DNA of 35,973 nt from Dehalococcoidales bacterium (GTDB lineage: Bacteria > Chloroflexota > Dehalococcoidia > Dehalococcoidales > RBG-16-60-22): contig DATLAD010000057.1 in assembly GCA_035527575.1 (NCBI GenBank), forward strand, positions 1 to 35,973, written 5' to 3'. Below the pieces are notes generated by a model. The model did no database searches. It was given only the letters and a program-made list of their open reading frames with translations, and was not told the DNA's origin. The translations under genes and the position numbers were made by a program. Below, one piece after another: positions 17,889 through 25,649 of the stretch (its first letter is position 1; the number at the start of each line of letters is the position of its first letter).

Positions 17889-18491
17889 GTGATGCACAGA
17901 TTGGTAAAAAGGGTATTCAGGAGCCAGCGAGGCATCACCGGAATAGAGACAGCCATCATTCTCATCGCCTTCGTCATCGTGGCCTCGGTGTTTGCCTATG
18001 TCGTGCTTTCGGCAGGTCTGTTTTCCACCCAGGTAGCAAAGGAAGCTATTCATTCCGGCCTGGAAGAAGCTAAAAGTACCATAGAGATAAAAGGCAACAT
18101 TTACGGGAAAATGGAGAACAGTGTGCTGACGGAAGTCTACTTTACCGTAGCCACCACCACGGGAGGCGATATGATTGACTTCACCGACACTTCCTCGGCG
18201 AACGCTTCCAACCTCGTCGTTATCTCATACAGCGATGCGTATCAGATATTCCCGACGGTCAACTGGACGATGACCAAGCTGAACACAGATGCCCCGGATA
18301 ACCTGCTCGACAAGAATGAGCTGTTCATGATTACGGTCGATTTAACCTGTGTCAGCGCCAATGCTACCGACGAGCAGAAACCGGGTCCGTACCATAAGTT
18401 CCAGCTGGAAGTGAAGCCGCCGGTCGGCGCCGTGCTCGTTCTTGAGCGCACCGTTCCCGCCAGGGTCGACCAGATTGTCAACCTTTATTAA
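17889..18491 (+). CDS. arlB: archaellin (archaeal flagellin) paralog 1
   Basis: The class III signal peptide and processed N-terminus read ...RSQRG|ITGIETAIILIAFVIVASVFAYVVLSAGLFSTQ, with K/R at -2, G at -1 and G at +3. The conserved C-terminus is ERTVPARVDQIVNLY. GGGAGG RBS; GTG at 17889 or ATG at 17892. Confidence 0.85.
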   Translation: MMHRLVKRVFRSQRGITGIETAIILIAFVIVASVFAYVVLSAGLFSTQVAKEAIHSGLEEAKSTIEIKGNIYGKMENSVLTEVYFTVATTTGGDMIDFTDTSSANASNLVVISYSDAYQIFPTVNWTMTKLNTDAPDNLLDKNELFMITVDLTCVSANATDEQKPGPYHKFQLEVKPPVGAVLVLERTVPARVDQIVNLY

Positions 18492-18524
18492 TTAATGTAA
18501 TCAGATTCTGTCAGTGATACCAAT

Positions 18525-18830
18525 TTGAAGATGTGGGAAGTTATAAGAGGAATCACCGACCGTAAACAAGATAGCAAAGATAGCGCTGCCCTGCTACGGA
18601 TGGCTTCTGCCTTCATTGCGGGTATGGTGATAACGGCAGCCCTGACATACGTTCCAATTATTACCGAAGTATTATCCCACGAGCCAAGCCATGAGTCCGC
18701 CGTGCCGGAGCCATCAGATGCCCCGGATTTACTAAAGCCCGACAGCGGCCCTGACGGGAGCGACCCGGCGAAACATTATTTATACGAACTGGTTTACGCC
18801 CCCCTGGAGGAGGCGATACTTTCTGGTTAA
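18525..18830 (+). CDS. hypothetical single-pass membrane protein between the archaellin genes (doubtful)
   Basis: 101 aa ORF (TTG at 18525 or ATG at 18531) with one hydrophobic helix (AFIAGMVITAALTYVPII) and a Pro/Ser/Asp-rich tail. No recognizable RBS. Confidence 0.3.
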   Translation: MKMWEVIRGITDRKQDSKDSAALLRMASAFIAGMVITAALTYVPIITEVLSHEPSHESAVPEPSDAPDLLKPDSGPDGSDPAKHYLYELVYAPLEEAILSG

Positions 18831-19026
18831 ACGGTATAAACGTACTCGATGAGCCAGTAAACCTGCGCAAAGGAGGGTGAACGGTAATGTGAATATAAGG
18901 GGTAACAACTGAAGATACAAAGCTAAGGAATGGAAGGGGGTGATGTCCACAGTCATAAAATTAAGTAGCTAAAAAGAAAGAAAGGGAACATCTTAACTCG
19001 AAAAATTACCACTAAAGGGAGGAAAA

Positions 19027-19671
19027 ATGATTAAGAAAATTTTGAGACATGAGAAAGGTATTACTGGTCTGGAGACCGCCATTATCCTGATTGCCTTCGT
19101 CGTGGTAGCCGCGGTATTCGCCTACACGGTACTCTCCGCCGGCCTGTTCGCCACCCAGAAGAGCCAGGAGGCTGTCTACTCCGGGTTGAAGGAAGCCCAG
19201 AGCACCCTGGAAATCAGAGGCGCAGTTACCGCAATAGCCGATAGCATCGGTGACGACGGCACCATCAAGCAGATAAGCTTTATCGTAACCAGCGTGCTTG
19301 GCGGCGAGCCAATTGACTTCACCGAACCACTAGCAGGCGCAAGTAACAATGGCACGTCCTCCACCGATAGCAACAACAAGGTAGTCATCAACTATATTGA
19401 CGAGAACCAGAATGTTAATGACCTCTACTGGACTATTACCAAGCTGGGGAACAGTGACGATGACAACCTGTTGGAGCAATACGAGAAGTTCCAGGTAACC
19501 GTAGGTAGCGATAACCTAACTACCAACGGCGGCAACCTTGTTGACGCTCTCAGCACCGACTTAACAGTTAACAAGACCTTCAACCTAGTGGTGCTGACAC
19601 CGGCCGGTGCGGTGCTGCAAATTGAGCGCACCACGCCACCCTACATTGACCAAATAATGAACCTGCACTAA
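19027..19671 (+). CDS. arlB: archaellin (archaeal flagellin) paralog 2
   Basis: Reads MIKKILRHEKG|ITGLETAIILIAFVVVAAVFAYTVLSAGLFATQKSQEAVYSGL, with C-terminus ERTTPPYIDQIMNLH. It has a very strong RBS (AAAGGGAGGAAAAATG) and is followed by a GC-rich hairpin. Confidence 0.9.
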   Translation: MIKKILRHEKGITGLETAIILIAFVVVAAVFAYTVLSAGLFATQKSQEAVYSGLKEAQSTLEIRGAVTAIADSIGDDGTIKQISFIVTSVLGGEPIDFTEPLAGASNNGTSSTDSNNKVVINYIDENQNVNDLYWTITKLGNSDDDNLLEQYEKFQVTVGSDNLTTNGGNLVDALSTDLTVNKTFNLVVLTPAGAVLQIERTTPPYIDQIMNLH

Positions 19672-19690
19672 TTAGTTTTAGTCTGGTACA

Positions 19691-19721
19691 GGGGTGGGGG
19701 TTCTAACCGGACCCCCACCCC
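19691..19721 (+). terminator. GC-rich hairpin after archaellin 2 (terminator/attenuator; no T-run)
   Basis: GGGGTGGGGGT - TCTAACCGG - ACCCCCACCCC, a perfect 11-bp stem 20 nt after the arlB stop. Confidence 0.45.
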
Positions 19722-19820
19722 AACCGTGGTAACAGTGGGTGCTACCCGCTTCCCGAAGCTGTGGGAAATGTGGATGAGAACTTGTAAGCATTCGCTCCGA
19801 AGGAATAATGGAGGTCTGTT

Positions 19821-20297
19821 GTGGACAAAGTCATAACTACAGCTCTACTTATCATAGCGGGAGTTGTGTGTATGATATTTGTCTTTAACAGTGTCTATCC
19901 GATGATAAACCGCTCCAGCCAGGCCATGGTGAGCATGGCCGAACAGGTTGACGAGCGGATGAAGAGCCGGATAAACATTGTTCATGCGGCAAATTCCGCC
20001 AACCGTACGTCCGTTTACCTGTGGATAAAAAACGTGGGCACCCAGCGCATCGTGACCGTTGAAGACAGCGACCTGTTCCTTGGCCAGGAGGACAATTTCG
20101 AGCGCATTCCGTATTCGGCTGATGCGGGAGAAACCTATCCGCAATGGTACTTCAACCTGGAAAACGATACCGAGTGGCAGACAAGTGCCACTCTAAAAAT
20201 TACTGTAACCTACAGCAGCGACCCCGGCGCGGGGACTTATTGGACCAAGTTTATTATACCGAACGGAATATCCGACGAGTATTACTTCAGCATGTAA
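19821..20297 (+). CDS. ArlF/ArlG (FlaF/FlaG) family archaellum stator-like protein
   Basis: 158 aa, GTG start after GGAGG. It has an N-terminal uncleaved hydrophobic helix (VITTALLIIAGVVCMIFVF) followed by a roughly 120 aa beta-rich soluble domain. Size, architecture and position after the archaellins fit FlaF/FlaG. Confidence 0.6.
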   Translation: MDKVITTALLIIAGVVCMIFVFNSVYPMINRSSQAMVSMAEQVDERMKSRINIVHAANSANRTSVYLWIKNVGTQRIVTVEDSDLFLGQEDNFERIPYSADAGETYPQWYFNLENDTEWQTSATLKITVTYSSDPGAGTYWTKFIIPNGISDEYYFSM

Positions 20298-20308
20298 CGG
20301 AGTAACTT

Positions 20309-20824
20309 ATGGAGACAGCCATTGTCTCAATAATATGTATAGCCCTTATAGCGTTCGGCGGCATGACAATGTCCCGGGGATTCATGACGTCGGTTGATGC
20401 CAGCACGACGGGACTCGAGGAGATAGGACAGCGAGATGAAACGATAATGAGGACGGAGCTGACTCCCGTTAGCGCCGGGCAGCCCTCGGCCAACACCCTG
20501 GAGGTCGTGCTGGAAAACAGCGGCCAGACCAAGCTGGCTGATTTTGATAAGTGGGATATCATCGTCCAGTACTACGACGGCACCGGCACCTATCACGTGG
20601 AATGGCTCCCCCATGCCGAAGCGGTACTGGGCGATAACGAATGGGAAGTGGCCTGGATACGGCTTAACGACGGGGCCGAAGTATTTGAGCCGAACGTGTT
20701 AAACCGGCAGGAGCAGATAATGATAAGGGCCCAGCTCAACCCGTCGGTTGGTGCCGCCACTACCAATATGGTGATTGTGGCCACTCCCAGCGGGATTACG
20801 GCTTCAACTTATTTCTCGCCGTAA
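20309..20824 (+). CDS. ArlF/ArlG-like protein, tandem paralog A
   Basis: 171 aa. It has a pilin-like hydrophobic N-terminus (METAIVSIICIALIAFGG) followed by a beta-domain. By eye it is about half identical to the first 170 aa of the next gene (shared GQTKLA-F-KWD-IV-YYDG-G-YH-EWLP...GDNEW...FEPN-LN). Confidence 0.6.
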   Translation: METAIVSIICIALIAFGGMTMSRGFMTSVDASTTGLEEIGQRDETIMRTELTPVSAGQPSANTLEVVLENSGQTKLADFDKWDIIVQYYDGTGTYHVEWLPHAEAVLGDNEWEVAWIRLNDGAEVFEPNVLNRQEQIMIRAQLNPSVGAATTNMVIVATPSGITASTYFSP

Positions 20825-20897
20825 TAAGGCGTCCCGTATTCTGAGTAAAACAGGAGGCATAAATTAGTACTAACCAGGACAATAAGGAGCAAATGAT

Positions 20898-21992
20898 ATG
20901 GCGACGATTGCCGTCTCCATCATATGTATAGTGATGATAGTAGTAGGAGGTATGACGTTGTCCCAGGGAATCCTCACTTCAGCGGACTCTGCCGCCCTCA
21001 GCGTCGAGGAGATTAGCCTGAGAGAGGGAGAATTGGCCAGAACCAACCTGGATACAGTCAGCGCCGCCGAGCTTTCCTGGGCGGACCTCCTGAGGGTAAC
21101 CGTGGTAAATACCGGCCAGACCAAGCTGGCCAGCTTCAACAAGTGGGACTTTATCGTCAATTATTACGATGGCAACGGCGTCTATCATACGGAATGGCTC
21201 CCTTACACCAGCGGAGTGCTCGGTGACAACGAGTGGCAAAAGGCAAGAATCGGCCTTAACGGGCCGATAGAGTTCTTCGAGCCGAACATACTGAACCCCG
21301 AAGAGGAACTGGTAATACTGGCCAGGCTTAACCCGCTCCCGGGTGATGCTACAACCGGCGATGTAACCATAGCCAGTCTCAACGGGGTCTGTGACTCCAT
21401 TTCTTTTTCCAACCCCGGCTACACGCTGCTTAATCCCCACTCGGAAAATACCACCATTGCCAGTACCAGGTATTACCAGCTAGAAGAAGCCGCCCCGTCC
21501 GATGGCCCCGCAATGACGGTAATTACAGACATCTTTCAAGTTGAAGAATCAGGAAGAAAGATGATGCACAGCGAAAATGAGCCATCCAGACCGGCAAGAC
21601 ATATATTCCCGCTGACCGGAATCAGCCAGGTCCCGGCAGCCACCTGGACGGCCTATTACCGCTGCCTCGCCTCAGGACTGAGTAACATCCAGGACAATGA
21701 GGTTAATTTTGATATCGACGTAGTGATTCGGAAGGCGGACGGCACCGTAAGAACAACGCTGGCCACGAATGTAGCCAATGCCTATCTACAAAGTATCGAA
21801 CTGGATAGTTGGCTGACTAAAAGCGCCACCTATAACTTCCCCGGTTATACGGTGGTCGATGATAGCGACTACCTCGAGATAGTCTACTACGGGGAAATAA
21901 CAGGTAATGGTTCCGACACAGAGGGATACCTGCTGATAAGCATTGACGACGATACCCTGCCTCTGGCTGACCAGACCAGGATAGAAGGTTAA
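20898..21992 (+). CDS. ArlF/ArlG-like protein, tandem paralog B, with a roughly 190 aa C-terminal extension
   Basis: 364 aa. Residues 1 to about 171 are collinear with the preceding gene product. Residues from about 172 to 364 (nt 21411..21992) have no counterpart in it and no motif I recognize. Confidence 0.6.
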   Translation: MATIAVSIICIVMIVVGGMTLSQGILTSADSAALSVEEISLREGELARTNLDTVSAAELSWADLLRVTVVNTGQTKLASFNKWDFIVNYYDGNGVYHTEWLPYTSGVLGDNEWQKARIGLNGPIEFFEPNILNPEEELVILARLNPLPGDATTGDVTIASLNGVCDSISFSNPGYTLLNPHSENTTIASTRYYQLEEAAPSDGPAMTVITDIFQVEESGRKMMHSENEPSRPARHIFPLTGISQVPAATWTAYYRCLASGLSNIQDNEVNFDIDVVIRKADGTVRTTLATNVANAYLQSIELDSWLTKSATYNFPGYTVVDDSDYLEIVYYGEITGNGSDTEGYLLISIDDDTLPLADQTRIEG

Positions 21993-22005
21993 TTGGGGAA
22001 AAGAC

Positions 22006-23514
22006 ATGCTGGAAAAGTTAAAAAAATTAATATCTAGAAGCGACGATAGCGGTAAGAGCAAGAATAAAACCAACCGCCTGATGAGCTTCGACCTGTTCTA
22101 CCAGCTATCGTACATGTCAACGGTCGCTGCCGCCGGTGTGCCGCGCGACCAGATTTTTGAGCGTTCCGCCGAGCTCCAGTGCTCCTCTGCCGAGTATTTT
22201 AAGCATGTAGAGCTGGCACGCAAGCGGTTGAAATACGATTACGCCCGGGCCTGCCGCGCCGTGGGAGAACCGCTCAAGGAAGCAGAGGTCAAGGGGCTCC
22301 TCCTCCGCTTTTCCAGCTCCCTCATCTCCGGCGAACCCGAAGCCGATTTTCTCACGAGAGAAGCCCATGCGCGGGCCGAAGACTATGAAAACGAGTACAG
22401 TAGAAGCCTGGAATCGATGAAAATGTGGACCGACGCCTATGTCTCCCTCATCCTTTCGGCGGTCCTGATAGTAGTCATCGGGATTGTCGCTACCATGATA
22501 TGGAAAATAGAAACGATGCTTATTATAGCCATGGCATTTATCTCAATCGCCACCACCGTCATCGGCGTCTGGCTGATATGGCTGGTCTCGCCGAAAGAGA
22601 CCACGGTCTTACGCTGGGCCGGCTCAAAAGAACAAAAGCTCGCCAGCAGGCTCTTTAAACCCGTCCTGCCGATTGTCGTGACCGTCGGCGCCCTCTTTTT
22701 ACTGACCGGGCAGAACCTGGGACTGGCATTTCTGGTTATCGCGGGACTGGTCTTCCCGGTCGGTATTATCATGACGCGGGATGACCGGAAGGTATACAAG
22801 CGTGATGACGAAGTGGGAACATTCCTGCGTTCACTGGGCGGTGTTTGTACGGCGCTGGGGACAACGGTGAATTCCGCCCTGGGCCGCCTCGACCTCGATG
22901 CCATCAACTTGCTGAGGAGTTCGGTTAAGAACCTGCACACGAGACTCACCGCCGGCATCAAGTCAAGGTTGTCCTGGAAGTTATTCATCGACGAGACCGG
23001 AAGCGAACTGGCCCACCGCAGCGTGGGCATGTTCTATGACGCCATCGAAGTGGGCGGCTCGGCAGGACAGGCCGGGCAGCACGCCGCGGCCTTCGCCAAC
23101 AGGGTCGCGCTTCTCAGGGCGAGACGAAGGACGATATCCGGTCCTTTCCGCTGGCTCTGCATGACCATGCACGCTGCCGTCGTGGTGATACTGGTCTTTA
23201 TCACCGAGGTCATCGTGGCTTTCGGCGGTATGTTAACCAAAGCCCAGGAGTCAATGCCGACAGTATCCGGGGGCCCTTCGCTGAGCTCTTTATCCAGCTT
23301 CAACCTCTCCGGACTGGATCTCATGCAACAGATGGTGTTGCCTCTGGTCCTGATATTCACGGTAGCCAATGCTATCGTACCCAGTCTGGCGGAGGGGGGT
23401 AGTAAATATAAAATTTTAAACAATCTGGGATTTACCGCGGCTATTTCCGGTATATGCCTTCTCATCCTGCCGGCATTAGCCAGTACGTTATTTACATCCG
23501 TTTCTCAAATATAA
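22006..23514 (+). CDS. arlJ: archaellum assembly platform membrane protein ArlJ (FlaJ; TadC/PilC-like)
   Basis: 502 aa. The cytoplasmic N-domain reads FDLFYQLSYMSTVAAAGVPRDQIFERSA, as in FlaJ. A duplicated T2SS-F-like architecture has multiple TM helices. Confidence 0.8.
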   Translation: MLEKLKKLISRSDDSGKSKNKTNRLMSFDLFYQLSYMSTVAAAGVPRDQIFERSAELQCSSAEYFKHVELARKRLKYDYARACRAVGEPLKEAEVKGLLLRFSSSLISGEPEADFLTREAHARAEDYENEYSRSLESMKMWTDAYVSLILSAVLIVVIGIVATMIWKIETMLIIAMAFISIATTVIGVWLIWLVSPKETTVLRWAGSKEQKLASRLFKPVLPIVVTVGALFLLTGQNLGLAFLVIAGLVFPVGIIMTRDDRKVYKRDDEVGTFLRSLGGVCTALGTTVNSALGRLDLDAINLLRSSVKNLHTRLTAGIKSRLSWKLFIDETGSELAHRSVGMFYDAIEVGGSAGQAGQHAAAFANRVALLRARRRTISGPFRWLCMTMHAAVVVILVFITEVIVAFGGMLTKAQESMPTVSGGPSLSSLSSFNLSGLDLMQQMVLPLVLIFTVANAIVPSLAEGGSKYKILNNLGFTAAISGICLLILPALASTLFTSVSQI

Positions 23515-23524
23515 GGAGGTAAAC

Positions 23525-23716
23525 ATGAACACAAATACTAATATCGGGACAGAAACCAGCCTTGACTCTGTCGAAGCCGAATTCCAGGAAGTAAGAGACG
23601 AATTGAAAGAGATACTCTTTGATATCCGTATTTACTTAATGGAAGCGCAAACCCCAATCCCCAACGACCTGGACCGGGAAAGGCTTCGTGAAGAGCTTGA
23701 AACGGAAAGGGGGTAA
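23525..23716 (+). CDS. small acidic coiled-coil protein, ArlC (FlaC)-like
   Basis: 63 aa with a strong RBS (AAGGAGG). The segment LDSVEAEFQEVRDELKEILFDIRIYLMEAQTP aligns with the N-terminus of the next gene product (LETIQDEIKLLKGELKQSLASVRDYLLNMELP). Confidence 0.55.
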   Translation: MNTNTNIGTETSLDSVEAEFQEVRDELKEILFDIRIYLMEAQTPIPNDLDRERLREELETERG

Positions 23717-23722
23717 AACATC

Positions 23723-24895
23723 ATGGCAGAAGATAAGAGACTCGAGACTATTCAAGATGAAATCAAGCTGCTGAAGGGGGAACTAAAGCAGTCACTGGCC
23801 AGCGTTCGAGATTACCTGCTTAACATGGAACTGCCTTCTTCAGAATTTTCCACCATCCTGGCGGCTCTCAGCACTGATGGTGAACAGAAAATAACCATGA
23901 AGGGCAGCTTCACCAACCCGCAAGATAACGCCCCTCGTGCGGAACCCCAGGATGAGCTTACCGAAACGGTGTCAGAGGACGCCGGCGGGGAGTCCGTCGA
24001 AGAAGAATCAGAAATGCCCGGAGAAGACGAGGACCTGATTGACGTGGAAGGGCCGCTCGGAAAAGAATCGGAGAGGCTCACCGACGATGATTTGATGGGC
24101 GAAGAGGCGGGCATTGCCCCTGAAGACGAACTGTTTTCCCCGCAAGACGCCATCGAAGACGAAGAACTCGGTGAACCCGAAGAACTCAGTGAACCCGAAG
24201 AACTCAGTGAACCCGAAGAACTCGGTGAACCCGAAGAACTCGGTGAACCCGAAGAACTCGGTGAACCCGAAGAACTCGGTGAACCCGAAGAACTCGGTGA
24301 ACCCGAAGAACTTTATGAACAGGATGAACCCATCACGCCAGAATCGGAGATGTCAGAGGAGGAACAGCCCGTGGGCAACGACAAGACTATTGCTACTGCT
24401 AATGCAGATGCCGATGAAATGAGCTCAGCCATACCGAAGGTCAACATGCTGGCCAATCTGATAAACTGGGCCTCCCGCGCCAAGAAAGAAATAGGCTACG
24501 ACCAGTTGCCCGTATTCCTGGAAGTCTATGGCATCAGCGGACACCTGTCTCAGGAGTTGAAAGACGTCATCCTGCACCTTTCCGAACTGACGGCGGAGCG
24601 TCCCGAGGTCGCCAACAACGCCGAAGTCTGGAGCCAGTTAATGCTGTCGCTGCACGGCATTCTCACGGGAGGCGATGCCCCGCTTCACCCGGTAATTCCG
24701 TTCTGGAGCGAAGCCAGCATCGCGGAAGAGCCGGCCGAGGAAGAGATAATCGAAGTAGACAAGCCCAGGGGAAAAAAAGTGCCGGTAAAACTGAAACTGG
24801 TATTCCCGAACGGTGACGGCAAGAGCAAAGAGTTTTGCATCGACCTCAATCCCGAGGAGGATAATGACGACTCTTCCAGCAAGCGCAAAAACTGA
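23723..24895 (+). CDS. ArlC/D/E (FlaC/D/E)-like archaellum motor-scaffold protein with an acidic repeat linker
   Basis: 390 aa with three parts: an N-terminal FlaC-like coiled coil, a long acidic low-complexity region including (EPEELG/S)x8, and a C-terminal region. The C-terminal region (IPKVNMLANLINWASRAKKEIGYDQLPVFLEVYGISGHLSQELKDVILHL) resembles the FlaD/E domain pattern. Confidence 0.6.
   Translation: MAEDKRLETIQDEIKLLKGELKQSLASVRDYLLNMELPSSEFSTILAALSTDGEQKITMKGSFTNPQDNAPRAEPQDELTETVSEDAGGESVEEESEMPGEDEDLIDVEGPLGKESERLTDDDLMGEEAGIAPEDELFSPQDAIEDEELGEPEELSEPEELSEPEELGEPEELGEPEELGEPEELGEPEELGEPEELYEQDEPITPESEMSEEEQPVGNDKTIATANADADEMSSAIPKVNMLANLINWASRAKKEIGYDQLPVFLEVYGISGHLSQELKDVILHLSELTAERPEVANNAEVWSQLMLSLHGILTGGDAPLHPVIPFWSEASIAEEPAEEEIIEVDKPRGKKVPVKLKLVFPNGDGKSKEFCIDLNPEEDNDDSSSKRKN
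24161..24322 (+). repeat. 18-bp tandem repeat GAAGAACTC(G/A)GTGAACCC, 8 full units plus 1 degenerate
   Basis: Read directly. The units are identical except for a G/A at position 10 in units 2-3. The array is in-frame inside 23723..24895 and encodes EELGEP/EELSEP. Confidence 0.95.
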
Positions 24896-24924
24896 AAATC
24901 CCCGAAAGAGAGAGGTGATTAATA

Positions 24925-25641
24925 ATGGCAACGACACAGAAAAAGAAAGAGTTCATAGTTACCGGCGTACCGGAAGTTGATGATAAGCTGGGCGGCGGTA
25001 TTCCCCTTGGTTCACTGTGCCTTATCGAAGGCCACTCTGACGCCGGAAAAAGTGTCTTATGCCAGCATCTGACCAACGGCACCCTGATTAATGGCGAGAT
25101 TTCGGTAGCGTATTACACTACGGAAAACAACATCAGAAGCCTGATAAGCCAGATGGAATCGCTGGCAATGTACGTACTGGACCACTTCCTGGCAGACCGC
25201 CTGCGGATTTACCCGTTAACCTTTCACAGTCATATGCAGGGCGGCCAAAAACCTTTTTATGTCCTGACACACCATTTTTCCAAACAGCCACAGGACTTCA
25301 AACTGATAATAGTGGACTCTATTACGCTGCTGGTGGCGCACAGCAACCCGGTAGCCATCATCGATTTCTTTTCCAGATGCAAGGGCTTATGTGATGAAGG
25401 TAAAACGATAATCGTGGTGGCGCATTCTTATGCTTTCGAGGAGGACATGCTTGCCCGGACCCGCTCATTATGCGACGCGCGTTTCAGGCTCCGCCTGGAG
25501 CAGGTCGGCGATAGCATGATAAAACTCATGGAGGTACTCAAGGTACGTGGCGCCGAGCGCCCCACCGGAGACGTGGTCAGTTTCAATATCGAACCCAAGA
25601 TTGGCATGCGGATAATCCCGCTTGCCAAGGCGAGAGTCTAG
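24925..25641 (+). CDS. arlH: ArlH (FlaH), KaiC/RecA-like ATP-binding archaellum protein
   Basis: 238 aa. The segment VPEVDDKLGGGIPLGSLCLIEGHSDAGKSVLCQHL contains Walker A (GHSDAGKS), and Walker B is KLIIVDSIT. Size and position immediately before the ArlI gene fit ArlH. Confidence 0.8.
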   Translation: MATTQKKKEFIVTGVPEVDDKLGGGIPLGSLCLIEGHSDAGKSVLCQHLTNGTLINGEISVAYYTTENNIRSLISQMESLAMYVLDHFLADRLRIYPLTFHSHMQGGQKPFYVLTHHFSKQPQDFKLIIVDSITLLVAHSNPVAIIDFFSRCKGLCDEGKTIIVVAHSYAFEEDMLARTRSLCDARFRLRLEQVGDSMIKLMEVLKVRGAERPTGDVVSFNIEPKIGMRIIPLAKARV

Positions 25642-25649
25642 GAGATTAA

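Noticed and set aside
24161-24322. The 18-bp tandem array might be a CRISPR array or a minisatellite outside genes.
   Set aside because: The units are contiguous with no spacers, are in-frame, and lie inside a well-supported CDS. This is a coding repeat, not a CRISPR.
24114-24422. 102 aa ORF with a KNSVNP repeat.
   Set aside because: It is an alternate-frame reading of the same tandem repeat inside the ArlC/D/E-like CDS. It has no RBS and is an artefact.
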